A stretch of 64,000 nucleotides of DNA from the NCBI GenBank assembly GCA_964611385.1, contig CAZSXS010000001.1:31058-95057 (forward strand), written 5' to 3'. How positions within the stretch are numbered: the first letter of the stretch is position 1; each line of letters begins with the position of its first letter. Shown one piece after another: positions 44,673 to 52,195 of this stretch. Below the pieces are notes generated by a model, which saw only the letters and a list, made by a program, of their open reading frames with translations, was not told where the DNA came from and did not search any database. The DNA comes from an uncultured Defluviitaleaceae bacterium. Its GTDB lineage: Bacteria; Bacillota; Clostridia; Lachnospirales; CAYPQA01. The position numbers were made by a program, and so were the translations under genes.

Positions 44673-47600
44673 TCATTTCTTCTTCCAATTTATCTTACAA
44701 ATCCCGCTGTAGTCGCAATAATCGCAGGCCGACTTGTTGCCCTTCCGAAAAGGCTTAACGGGAATTTTTCCGCTTTTAATATCGCTGCCCAAGGCTTTAA
44801 TCTTTTCCAACACAGTCTCCCGCAGTTGATTAAAGCTGTCTAAATCCATGGCTTTGGAAACAGCACCCATGTCTCCGTCTTTTTTGAGGCTGACGGGGAT
44901 AATGGCTGACTTGCCTCCCTTGTCTATGGAGGAATCCAGAGCCAGAAAGACATCCTTGTCTGATAAAGTAAGGCCGCTCATTTTATAGGCCTCCAGGCGC
45001 TTTTGTTCAATGTCCAGGTCTTCCTTATAGTGAATGTAAGGGTCTTTGATGTTAAAGTAAAAGACACCCCCAGGAAGTACCCGAACCTGTATGCTGTTCT
45101 TGTCATAATAAGCCTGTAAGGACTTGATAAAGGCATCCAGGTACAGAATTAACTGTAACTGCATCCCTAAATAAATATCTTCCAAATCAAATTTTGTATT
45201 GCCTGATTTATAATCAATAATCTTGACGTATTTGTCCTGCCCGTCGTCCCAGATATCCACCCGGTCTATCCGTCCGGTCAGGATTAACTTTTGCTCTCCC
45301 TCTAAGGCAATGCTAAGGCCGGTTAAGGGTTCTGCCAGATTAAACTGATATTCAGAAGAAATGGGTTCAAAGGTACCGGCCTTTACGTGGGTGACTAAGG
45401 TCTCCAAGGAGGCTTTGGCGATTCGTTTGACCCTCTCCAGCAGGTATTGATTAGCGGGGTTTCCAGAAAACACATCAATGTCTGCTGTGCTGCTTACACT
45501 TCGGTCTACATATTCATCAATTTCCAAGGCTGTAACCCCTCGCCAACTTTTTTGGGCTTCATTCAATTCCTTAGAAAAACCTTCCAAGATGTAATGAAAA
45601 ATATTGCCTAAGTCAACGGCTTCCACTTCGTAGATCTTCCGTTTTTTTGCTTTCAAATTATATTGAATAAAGTAGGCAAAGGGGCAGCGGGCATAGTTTT
45701 CCAGCATGGAAGCCCCGGTTACCAGCTCCTTGCCGTAAAGGTTGTTGAGCAGGCGGGGAGGTAGGCTGTACTTGCCGGAATCCAAGGCTTCACTACGCCA
45801 AGCCAGAGGTTGAGTGGAGCTTGCACTGGTTGAAGACGCTCCCGAACCAAAGTCATATTTCCACGCTACTTGTCCTTTCCTTGCTGCTTGTACTTTGCTT
45901 ACTTCTTGATTGTTTGAAAGCTCCTCTTCTTGAATTTGCGGAAACAGCTTCTTAATGCGATTGATGATCCAAGAAGGGCGCAGTTGCTTTCCGTCAAAGC
46001 TTCCCAGGCTATAGCTGAGAGATAAAAGCTCTGAGGGCTTTGACAAGGCGGAATAGACCTGAAACTGCTCTAAGGAGAGTTTGGTTTTGATGTCTGCTGC
46101 AAGGCTTGCACCTGTGGCTCTGAGATGGCTTCTTTCGTCATCGGTAAATAAGTCTGTGGCTTCCTTTTTCTCCGGTAGGATGCCTTCGTTGGCGCCTAAT
46201 ACAAACAGGGCTTTTATTTTTGGGAAGCGAGAGCGGTTAAAGTCTCCCACCAAGACCTGATCCTGAGTCGGAGGTAGAATGCCCAGGTCTATGGATTGAA
46301 GCCCTACCTGAACAACGGAAGAAAATTCCGAAATTTGCATTTTAGTGCTTCCCAAAATCTCCACAAGCTTGTCAAAGAGTTCAACTAGTTTGTTCCAAAT
46401 GAGATTGTTCATGGAGGAAGCTTTTTGCTGGTAGTCCTTTTGTTGAAGAGCCTGTTGATCCAAGGCCTCAATCATATCCATACCCTCCAAGCATTGAAAC
46501 AGCTTGGTGGAAAGTAAGCGAAGTTCAAATTCTCGAGTGTTGTCCAGCTTGGCACAGAAGGGCTGCACCAAGGCCAGAAAGCGTTCCTTCGTTTCATTCA
46601 AAGCATTTAGGTCGTATAGCTTTTCGCCGTAGCGGAAGCGCAGCTTCCATTTGCTGCCTTTGATACCGTAGGCCAAGACATAGTTTTCCAGAATGTCGAT
46701 TTCGTCCCGGCTGAGTCCGGTCAAGCCGGTCTTTAAAAAGCGGAACACGCTTTCATAGGAAAAGTGATAGGCCACCATGTCAATCAGAGCAGAAACCAGC
46801 TCTGTCAGGGGGTGGTAGACGGGCTTAGTCTCGTCAATAAAGACGGGGATACCAGCCATCGCGAAAAGACTGTGGAGGCTTTTGTTGTAAGCTGAGCTGC
46901 TTAGGACACCGATATCCCTGTAGCGGTAGCCTTGTCGCAACAGCTGATGAATGCTGTCTGCGGTCTGTTTGATTTCATCGTATTTATTGGCTGCCTGACA
47001 AATCTTAATCTTATGCACTGGCTTTGGATAAGACAGGCCGCTGAAATAAGCAGCCGCCAAAAATTCTGTTTCCTGGGACAGATAGCCCTGGGGCTTTGAC
47101 AGAAAAACAGGATCTTCAATGTTAAGGCCATGACTCCGGCACAGGCTTGTCAAGTGGTTGATTGTTTTTTTCAGTTCAAAAAAAGGGTCTGTCTCGCGTA
47201 GCTCCGGGTAAAACAAGTCCTTTTTCAATAGGGGCAGGGTTAGGTTGACCTTTGCGGTTTTGATGAGTTTAAAGAGGATACGCTCCTCCTGGGGGGTGAA
47301 GCCGGTAAAAGAATCAATCCAAATTTCCGCATTTTTTAAGTAGCTCCCCTCATCCATCCGGCTAAAGAGTATGTCTAGGCTGTCAAAGTCAAATAAGTAT
47401 TTATCCTTTACATAAAGCTCATATTCCTTATAAATCAAAGCTATGTCTTTCAGCTTAAGCCGCAGGCTTTCGTTTTTGGTATTGAGAGCTATATTTAAAA
47501 GAGCCTCCGGGCTAAGGGCATAGCGGCGAAACTCTGTTAAATTCCCGTTCAGCTTTTCGATGAAGCCTTCTTTTTTAGCGACTCTGCCGTAATAATTTAA

Positions 47601-47909
47601 AGAGGCAAGGTTGTCGTTGACGACCTTTTTCAGCAGCATATGCTTCCCGGTATCGTCTAAAAAGCTGCCCTTGGATTTACCGATTTCTGAAAACATAAAA
47701 TACGCCAAGCGCTGAAAGCTCAAAACCAAAACCTTGGTTAAGGACTGACCCTTGGAACGGTTTACCAAGTCATGCTCTGACTGAAGAGAATACTGTTCTG
47801 GGATAAGATAAATCAAGTGCCGACCACTTTTGTATCTAGTAAGAATCTCTGTAAAGCAGAGCTGGGTTTTGCCAGTGCCTGCGCCGCCTAAAATATATCG
47901 AAGGGACAT
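44673..47909 (-). CDS. addB: helicase-nuclease AddB (RexB) subunit
   Basis: N-terminal Walker A (YILGGAGTGKTQ). C-terminal PD-(D/E)xK nuclease with Fe-S cysteines (C...CDYCDYSGIC). I chose the ATG at 47909 (GAGGTG RBS). The ORF-track extension to 48065 runs into an R1 repeat. Confidence 0.85.
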   Translation of the reverse strand: MSLRYILGGAGTGKTQLCFTEILTRYKSGRHLIYLIPEQYSLQSEHDLVNRSKGQSLTKVLVLSFQRLAYFMFSEIGKSKGSFLDDTGKHMLLKKVVNDNLASLNYYGRVAKKEGFIEKLNGNLTEFRRYALSPEALLNIALNTKNESLRLKLKDIALIYKEYELYVKDKYLFDFDSLDILFSRMDEGSYLKNAEIWIDSFTGFTPQEERILFKLIKTAKVNLTLPLLKKDLFYPELRETDPFFELKKTINHLTSLCRSHGLNIEDPVFLSKPQGYLSQETEFLAAAYFSGLSYPKPVHKIKICQAANKYDEIKQTADSIHQLLRQGYRYRDIGVLSSSAYNKSLHSLFAMAGIPVFIDETKPVYHPLTELVSALIDMVAYHFSYESVFRFLKTGLTGLSRDEIDILENYVLAYGIKGSKWKLRFRYGEKLYDLNALNETKERFLALVQPFCAKLDNTREFELRLLSTKLFQCLEGMDMIEALDQQALQQKDYQQKASSMNNLIWNKLVELFDKLVEILGSTKMQISEFSSVVQVGLQSIDLGILPPTQDQVLVGDFNRSRFPKIKALFVLGANEGILPEKKEATDLFTDDERSHLRATGASLAADIKTKLSLEQFQVYSALSKPSELLSLSYSLGSFDGKQLRPSWIINRIKKLFPQIQEEELSNNQEVSKVQAARKGQVAWKYDFGSGASSTSASSTQPLAWRSEALDSGKYSLPPRLLNNLYGKELVTGASMLENYARCPFAYFIQYNLKAKKRKIYEVEAVDLGNIFHYILEGFSKELNEAQKSWRGVTALEIDEYVDRSVSSTADIDVFSGNPANQYLLERVKRIAKASLETLVTHVKAGTFEPISSEYQFNLAEPLTGLSIALEGEQKLILTGRIDRVDIWDDGQDKYVKIIDYKSGNTKFDLEDIYLGMQLQLILYLDAFIKSLQAYYDKNSIQVRVLPGGVFYFNIKDPYIHYKEDLDIEQKRLEAYKMSGLTLSDKDVFLALDSSIDKGGKSAIIPVSLKKDGDMGAVSKAMDLDSFNQLRETVLEKIKALGSDIKSGKIPVKPFRKGNKSACDYCDYSGICKINWKKK

Positions 47910-48061
47910 GGAACACCTCATAATCATTGGTAAGGGTACTGAGTATACGAATAAAAATATCAGAGCATACAAAAATTGAGCATGGGAAAAGGCATTCGGA
48001 AAGAAAGGATACCGAATCCCTAACCGCTCACGCTCAAGGTTAAACTGCGTTATCAGCCTAT

Positions 48062-48160
48062 TCACAATTTTCTAAAACATTTTCAAGCCGCTACCTTGCA
48101 GTATGGAAGACTTTACAGGGTTTGCATAGCGGCTCTGTAAAGTTGAACGTGACGGAGCAA
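48062..48160 (+). repeat. R1 repeat copy between DUF1292 gene and addB
   Basis: Left arm TTCTAAAACATTTTCAAGCCGCTA, right arm TAGCGGCTCTGTAAAGTTGAACGTGACGGAGC. Confidence 0.65.
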
Positions 48161-48161
48161 A

Positions 48162-48749
48162 TTATTTTTTGCTTCGAGAACCGTTTGTGCTGCTGTCATC
48201 CGCATCATCGTCAAAGTCGTCGTCTTCAAAATCGTCGTCGTCAAAGTCCTCATCATCGAAGTCCTCGTCATCAAAATCCTCATCGTCGAAATCGTCCTCA
48301 TCGAGTTCTTCTTCATCGTAGTCCTCATCGTCGAAATCGTCGTCGTCAAAGTCTTCATCGTCATCGTCTTCATCATCTTCATCGTCTACGTCATCTTCGT
48401 CGAACTCTTCGTCATCATCAAAATCATCCAGATTTTCATCCAAGTCTTCGAACAGCTCATTAAAAACCTTAAGAACAGCGTCGTATTCCTCATCGCTTTC
48501 GATGTTGTCAAGTTCCACATCCTCGTCCTTCTCAGTGTATCTGAAAATAAGCACGTGATCTTCCTGTAAAGGCAGCAGGGCAATATAGCTCCTTGCACCG
48601 ATTTCGAAATCCACGTCAAAAACGCCAAGAACATTACATTCAAGGTTGTCGTTTCCTTCCACCGAAATGATAACTGTTTCATTTCCTCCGCATCCGCAGC
48701 CGTCGTGACTGCATCCGCCGTTGCAACCATCATTGCAATGATCAGCCAT
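48162..48749 (-). CDS. DUF1292-family protein with Cys-rich N-terminus and poly-acidic C-terminal tail
   Basis: DUF1292-like core (LECNVLGVFDV..RSYIALLP...VLIFRY). N-terminus HCNDGCNGGCSHDGCGCGG. About 95-aa D/E/F tail (DEDFDD repeats). ATG at 48749 after GAGGTG. Confidence 0.7.
   Translation of the reverse strand: MADHCNDGCNGGCSHDGCGCGGNETVIISVEGNDNLECNVLGVFDVDFEIGARSYIALLPLQEDHVLIFRYTEKDEDVELDNIESDEEYDAVLKVFNELFEDLDENLDDFDDDEEFDEDDVDDEDDEDDDDEDFDDDDFDDEDYDEEELDEDDFDDEDFDDEDFDDEDFDDDDFEDDDFDDDADDSSTNGSRSKK
48165..48440 (-). repeat. low-complexity GAT/GAC/GAA-rich coding repeat (acidic tail)
   Basis: The plus strand shows reiterated TCGTCGTC/TCATCATC units. It encodes the D/E/F-rich tail of the DUF1292 protein and spawns shadow ORFs in other frames. 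Confidence 0.85.
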
Positions 48750-48869
48750 GATATTCACCTCATTATAAATTATCGTATGCATCCATTTCCATTCTGTTTT
48801 AAGTTACTGATATATCCTTGCATTATACCACAGGAATGAAAAATTGTAATCATTTTTTCAAAATATTTT

Positions 48870-49004
48870 TTATCGTACAAACCAATAAAAAATTGTTGTC
48901 AATAAGCCGATAGCCAGCAGGAGCTTGAATAAAAATCGCATCAAGCCCGGCATGGCCATCAGAAAAACAGAAAAAATACAAATCCCGATAAAAACGCGAA
49001 TCAT
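48870..49004 (-). CDS. putative 44-aa hydrophobic peptide
   Basis: Not in the ORF track because it is under 60 aa. Sequence MIRVFIGICIFSVFLMAMPGLMRFLFKLLLAIGLLTTIFYWFVR. Its ATG overlaps the DUF2508 stop (ATGA), which suggests translational coupling. Confidence 0.35.
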   Translation of the reverse strand: MIRVFIGICIFSVFLMAMPGLMRFLFKLLLAIGLLTTIFYWFVR

Positions 49005-49261
49005 AAGAGTTCCGCCGCCAAACCCTTTTCCTTGCAAAGTTTTAAATAAAAGCTGTATTTTAGGTTGGTTGCTTTCAGCTCATAGATACAGCTTTCCACC
49101 AGCAAAGGCTCTGTAACATGATCAATCATGTTGTGCAGGCAGTCGATTTCTGACTTTAGACTCTGTAAGCTATTGAGTATGCTCAGGTCTTCTTGTGAAA
49201 CCGGTATTTTTTTTTTCGTAGTGATTTTCCTGCTTTGTATTAAACTTGTTTCAGTTTTCAT
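49001..49261 (-). CDS. DUF2508 (YaaL-like) family protein
   Basis: 86 aa. The pattern ...EIDCLHNMIDHVTEPLLVESCIYELKATNLKYSFYLKLCKEKG resembles YaaL-like proteins. GGGAGG RBS. Confidence 0.55.
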   Translation of the reverse strand: MKTETSLIQSRKITTKKKIPVSQEDLSILNSLQSLKSEIDCLHNMIDHVTEPLLVESCIYELKATNLKYSFYLKLCKEKGLAAELL

Positions 49262-49283
49262 ACATTCCCTCCCAAAAACGTTT

Positions 49284-49636
49284 GTACTCAGTCAAGTCTT
49301 GCTTGGCAATTATTTAGGAGACTGAGTAATTTTCACTTTGTTCACTTTGTTCGACTCTGCTTATCATGGCCAGCGCGGACAGGATTGTCCAATACTGGAG
49401 ATTGTCACTTCGGGGATAGTTCATTGTTTGAGGAGCATCCGTTCTCTCATTATAATATAGTCATGAAATTGGTAATTTATACCAACTTTTTAAAAAGGCA
49501 TTGCAAGTGAAGACTTTTATGCTGTTGGCTTCGTTTAAAATTAAGGAATATTTTAGGTGCTCGCTTAATAAAGTGTTTATGTACTTATCTTGTTTTGTGC
49601 GGGGGCTTTGCAACGCTGAACATGACTGAGTATATA
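49284..49636 (+). repeat. R1-related arms separated by ~290 nt
   Basis: Left GTACTCAGTCAAGTCTTGCTTGGCAA (49284-49309) and right GTGCGGGGGCTTTGCAACGCTGAACATGACTGAGTATATA (49597-49636). Whether they form one element is uncertain. Confidence 0.45.
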
Positions 49637-49684
49637 AAATAAACCCTGTTGGGTTATAAAATAATATTTTAGGAGATGAAGACG

Positions 49685-50302
49685 ATGCCGAACTACAACC
49701 TGAACATTTCATTCGAAGCAGCAGATCTTTCAACGATTATTTCGGCCAATCAGAAGGTCACCTTGGTCAAACAAAATAACCAAGGGATCAACCTTGCTTG
49801 GGTTGCATTCCAACCCTTCCAGCACAACACCTTGGAATGGAAAAGCGATTATGCCCTCTATTGCTCAAACAGTGAGCTTCAATCGGGTGTTCAGATTAAC
49901 AAACTGTCCGATGTAATGGCCACAGCTGCCTTGAAGTACATTTTCAAAAACGCCTGTTTTTCATCCACCAAGGATGCCGGTGAACTCCTTTTGCCCGATT
50001 CCTATTATGTGAGAAACGAAATGGATGGCTATGACGCTTTGACCTTTGGTCTTGCTCAAGGGATTTATGTAAACGGCAAGGCCATTCCAAATCGCCCCAT
50101 CAATGCGGTTATGGTTCCCTTCATGCACAACACTTCCTTTACGCCGTATGAAATTGTGAATGTTTACTTGGAGGCTAACATAAAGGAGTCCATGGTCGTT
50201 ACCAATGTCAGTACCAATCCCATTACTCTGGTGTTTGGCGGCGGCATTGACACCATTAATATCAAGTACAATAGAGCTTCCGGATCCTTCTATCAAGAGT
50301 AA
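49685..50302 (+). CDS. hypothetical protein with internal two-fold repeat
   Basis: ATG 9 nt after AGGAG. No signal peptide. The two halves share the pattern IN.A.V.F.PF.HNT...W/F......Y (AWVAFQPFQHNTLEW / NAVMVPFMHNTSFTPY). A strong terminator follows. Confidence 0.6.
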   Translation: MPNYNLNISFEAADLSTIISANQKVTLVKQNNQGINLAWVAFQPFQHNTLEWKSDYALYCSNSELQSGVQINKLSDVMATAALKYIFKNACFSSTKDAGELLLPDSYYVRNEMDGYDALTFGLAQGIYVNGKAIPNRPINAVMVPFMHNTSFTPYEIVNVYLEANIKESMVVTNVSTNPITLVFGGGIDTINIKYNRASGSFYQE

Positions 50303-50341
50303 AAGGTGAACTACTCTGGAATCAGAACATAGTGCAAACAG

Positions 50342-50383
50342 CAAAAAAAATACCCCTCGGTCGTAACCGGGGGGTATTTTTTG
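50342..50383. terminator. bidirectional terminator between the convergent hypothetical gene and the PI-PLC-like gene
   Basis: AAAAAAAATACCCCTCGG-TCGTAA-CCGGGGGGTATTTTTT. Confidence 0.9.
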
Positions 50384-50406
50384 CGCTGCGGCAAAAGGAA
50401 TCCTTT

Positions 50407-51897
50407 CTACTCCGTCAAGATATCAACCCAACTCTTTGCATGAACACTAAATGGTTGGGGATAGCGGTTCAGTCCAAAATTTGAATCAATAATCACTGCC
50501 ACCACATCCATCTGGCCATAGGTAGGTGAGGTATAGACAGTATCCTCATAATCTAACAGGATCCATCCGATTCGATGCCTTTGGTCTGTTGGAATACAGT
50601 TGAAGCTTAACGGATCCCCTATATAGTTGATTATGGCATCCATAACATAAATTCCCGTGATTCCACAGGTCGCTGTTGCACTGGCAAAGTTAAGAACAAT
50701 ACAGGTGGGCACTAGAGTTTGCTTTCGTTGAAACGCCGCTGTTACTAGGTTTATTTTTTCACTTCGATCCTGTAAGCTCTTAAATTGATCCTGGACATAG
50801 AGCAGATTCAATTGGCGATTTTGGGCTGTGTCGATGGCAAAGGAGCCGTTTGTATTTTCTCTCCAACTTATAGGATAGCCGAAGCGAAAGCTGGTATCAA
50901 TTCGGTTGAGTAAAAAAATACGACCCCGAACATCATCTAGGGTGCTGTTTAAGCCTCCGACAAAAACAGGATAGCCAGTCAATACAGCATTCAAGGCATT
51001 TAAAACATTGACTGCATCATTTTCGTAGCTGGACCAATCGTCCATCTTCAAGGTCATGATGAGGCATTCTGTAGGGTTGGTCTGTAAAAAGGTTGCGCAG
51101 GTATTCAAAACAGTAAGAAAGGGTTCATACTCGTTGATTCTGATCAAAGAACCAATGCTGCCGTGACAGGTACTGAAGGTGTAAGCGTTTGTGGCAGGAT
51201 CTACATTGACCCGCAGCCGGATATCCAGGATCCGAATGCCGCTGTTTAATTGTTGAAGGATGCTTGTCTTGTGGCAGGCGTACAAGGAATGTGCCGTTAT
51301 GGGTAGTAAATCCGAAGGGAAATAATTGGTGCGTATGGCGGCAGCATCATGGGTTCCGGGAATGTTGATATCCCCTATGTAAACATCATCGTTTAGATAA
51401 CTCATCCAATGTGCCCGGTCTATGGGCGTATAAAAATCCATGCAAATGCTCTTAATCAAAAGCTTGGTATAATCGGATACGTTTATGAGCCTTAAGTGAT
51501 TTTTATCAGGCCTTACTAAATCCAGGTGAATCGTCAAGGTAATCACAAAGAGCTTCTGAGGCCTACTGCCTTTTACCAGCGCAAGGTTTTCAACTATAGC
51601 CAGCTCTTTTTCAAGGGGCTGCTCATTTACAAAAACACTTATTTGATTTTGGACTGCTGCTGTTTCGGAGGGGATGATCACTTCAAAGCTTATGGTAGCT
51701 TCCATCCCTTCTGGATAACGAAAATCAAAGTCCAGGGTACTAATATCCTCCGCATTGTTATTCATGGAAAGACATGCAAATGCAGGCTCATAGCTACAGT
51801 TGTCAAAGACAAAATCACTGATGCCTTCATCCATTCTTGCCGAAATTTCTGAAAAGTCAATTTTGAGTGTCTCATGTTTACTATCCACTTTTCCCAT
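50407..51897 (-). CDS. PI-PLC X-domain-like phosphodiesterase with unknown ~160-aa N-terminal domain
   Basis: The blocks INIPGTHDAAA, ILDIRLRV and TCHGS match the catalytic His regions of bacterial PI-specific phospholipase C-like enzymes. No signal peptide. Confidence 0.6.
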   Translation of the reverse strand: MGKVDSKHETLKIDFSEISARMDEGISDFVFDNCSYEPAFACLSMNNNAEDISTLDFDFRYPEGMEATISFEVIIPSETAAVQNQISVFVNEQPLEKELAIVENLALVKGSRPQKLFVITLTIHLDLVRPDKNHLRLINVSDYTKLLIKSICMDFYTPIDRAHWMSYLNDDVYIGDINIPGTHDAAAIRTNYFPSDLLPITAHSLYACHKTSILQQLNSGIRILDIRLRVNVDPATNAYTFSTCHGSIGSLIRINEYEPFLTVLNTCATFLQTNPTECLIMTLKMDDWSSYENDAVNVLNALNAVLTGYPVFVGGLNSTLDDVRGRIFLLNRIDTSFRFGYPISWRENTNGSFAIDTAQNRQLNLLYVQDQFKSLQDRSEKINLVTAAFQRKQTLVPTCIVLNFASATATCGITGIYVMDAIINYIGDPLSFNCIPTDQRHRIGWILLDYEDTVYTSPTYGQMDVVAVIIDSNFGLNRYPQPFSVHAKSWVDILTE

Positions 51898-52195
51898 CTT
51901 GATCCACCTTTCTAAGCATTATATTGTGATGACTGCATTTGAAAAATCCAGTTATAAACAGATCTACATATTTTATGAGCGATACTATGGAATATTCTTT
52001 GAAAATATGCCCTGTGTTCCGTTGGAATTTTTTTTATCCCTTCGGGAAACCTATATATTCGGCAAAGAGTTTCTCAAATTCTCCGTTCGCTCATGAACAG
52101 GAAACTTGCCTCTGCAAGTTTCCATTCGCTCCGGACAATTTGGAAACTCTACTGCCGAATATATATTTAAAAATGTCAACTATTTGAGGTGGAGC

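Noticed and set aside
47910-48065. 52-codon N-terminal extension of addB in the ORF track. Similar extensions occur for the pmbA-like gene (20701-20754), the LytTR regulator (29102-29170), the second exported protein (30664-30732), both transketolase subunits, radical SAM 2 and others.
   Set aside because: The internal starts give canonical family N-termini and are preceded by GGAGG-type RBSs at 5-10 nt. Several of the extensions run through R1 repeat sequence or the upstream gene.
48113-48463. ORFs in alternative frames or on the other strand of the acidic-tail repeat (48113-48382 minus, MKT-rich; 48122-48463 plus, H/R-rich; 48386-48733 minus).
   Set aside because: They are frame-shifted readings of the GAT/GAA/GAC reiteration that encodes the DUF1292 acidic tail. 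Only the DUF1292 frame has an RBS and a recognisable domain.
49262-49684. The long non-coding stretch as a housekeeping small RNA (SRP RNA, 6S, tmRNA), given the DUF2508 (yaaL-like) neighbourhood.
   Set aside because: I could not find the conserved SRP domain-IV motif, a tmRNA tag or tRNA-like end, or the 6S-like long interrupted helix. The most obvious structure there is R1-type arms. This remains unresolved rather than positive.
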